In this document: positions 52,231 to 52,670 of the stretch, piece after piece
Layout of the letters: each line of letters starts with the position of its first letter
How positions within the stretch are numbered: position 1 is the stretch's first letter
NCBI GenBank assembly: GCA_002717565.1
Contig: PBAZ01000020.1
Coordinates: forward strand, 1-52,670
Source: Chloroflexota bacterium
Lineage (GTDB): Bacteria; Chloroflexota; Dehalococcoidia; Lucifugimonadales; GCA-2717565
DNA: 52,670 nt
Direction of reading: 5' to 3'
Made by a program: the position numbers and the translations under genes
Notes under the pieces: generated by a model
What the model was told of the DNA's origin: nothing
Database searches by the model: none
The model's input: the letters and a program-made list of their open reading frames with translations, nothing else

Positions 52231-52670
52231 CTATCGAAGTCTCCATCCACCCACAGATGCAGGAGGCTGTGTGTATCGGCCTAATCCAGTCAAATATTCC
52301 ATGGCATACTCAGGCACCTTCCTGGTTGTCCTGTGAGTCCAAGGCTCTTTTAATCCCTGAAGATGAGGATGGTCGTATGGTAGGTCACGCTCAAGGGGTG
52401 GAAGCTTCTGCTGTTCCTCTTGGAACTTTCTTGATTCCTCTAGGTACTTCTCAACCTGCCTTCGACCTACAAGATCCGCACCCCTCTGGGCTTGAGCCCT
52501 TTCGTGAGGAGTCATCTTCTCATGCCAAGGGACTACTGGGTCGAGCGGGTTTGACCCATACCGGCCTTCCTTAAAATCCCGAATCGCCCGGTTGTGCATT
52601 ATCTCTGCTCGACGCAAGTTGTAATCTATTTCCTTATTCCTGGCGTCTTGATCTATCAAGCCAATAGGCC
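52231..52670 (-). CDS. hypothetical virion-module protein, possibly 5'-truncated by the window edge
   Basis: The frame stays open upstream of the TTG at 52659 to the last base of the window. No ATG start lies inside the window. Confidence 0.4.
   Translation of the reverse strand, partial: PIGLIDQDARNKEIDYNLRRAEIMHNRAIRDFKEGRYGSNPLDPVVPWHEKMTPHERAQAQRGADLVGRRQVEKYLEESRKFQEEQQKLPPLERDLPYDHPHLQGLKEPWTHRTTRKVPEYAMEYLTGLGRYTQPPASVGGWRLR

Larger units (their letters stand above)
28420..52670. mobile_element. Phage(-like) genome segment B (AT-richer): non-coding leader region, + strand early genes 29554-43039, - strand virion genes 43036 to the window end
   Basis: Same module order as segment A with homologous but diverged genes (pairs listed under the individual CDS). 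Composition changes visibly near 28.42-28.45 kb. The exact boundary is not determinable from sequence alone. Confidence 0.7.

Overview
The window reads as two phage-like genome segments placed head-to-tail with the same architecture. Each has a + strand early, recombination and replication module followed by a - strand virion module.

Segment A (about 1-28419) is visibly GC-richer. It carries a complete packaging and virion block: small terminase candidate, TerL, portal, scaffold, major capsid, tail proteins, a lysis-like cassette and internal/ejection proteins.

Segment B (about 28420-52670) is visibly AT-richer. The window edge cuts it off inside its virion module.

At least ten gene pairs are recognisably homologous and syntenic between the segments, but they are strongly diverged. 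Several slots differ between the two.

I recognised no rRNA, tRNA, canonical CRISPR array, integrase, transposase, DNA polymerase or obvious endolysin.

Main observations, in order of interest:
1. A non-coding array of about 1 kb at 6044-7007. It holds roughly 150 phase-locked GGCNN pentamers in nine blocks, punctuated by eight conserved anchors of about 20 nt. It lies between two unknown genes, in the slot where segment B has a DUF3987-type helicase-like gene.
2. A structured leader RNA-like element ending in an intrinsic terminator about 22 nt before a start codon. It is present twice in segment A: before an early operon, and on the opposite strand before the packaging operon.
3. A Topo VI-A/Spo11-like 'Mini-A'-type gene. 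It is an 890-bp indel flanked by a 15-bp direct repeat.
4. A small protein in the lysis cassette with tandem MshEN/T2SSE_N-like motifs.
5. A single in-frame TGA splitting a Cys-rich gene in segment B.
6. A 2326-aa virion protein in segment B with an inserted HExxH metallopeptidase-like region, absent from its 1384-aa counterpart in segment A.

All functional calls rest on motifs read by eye and on gene order. No database search was possible.
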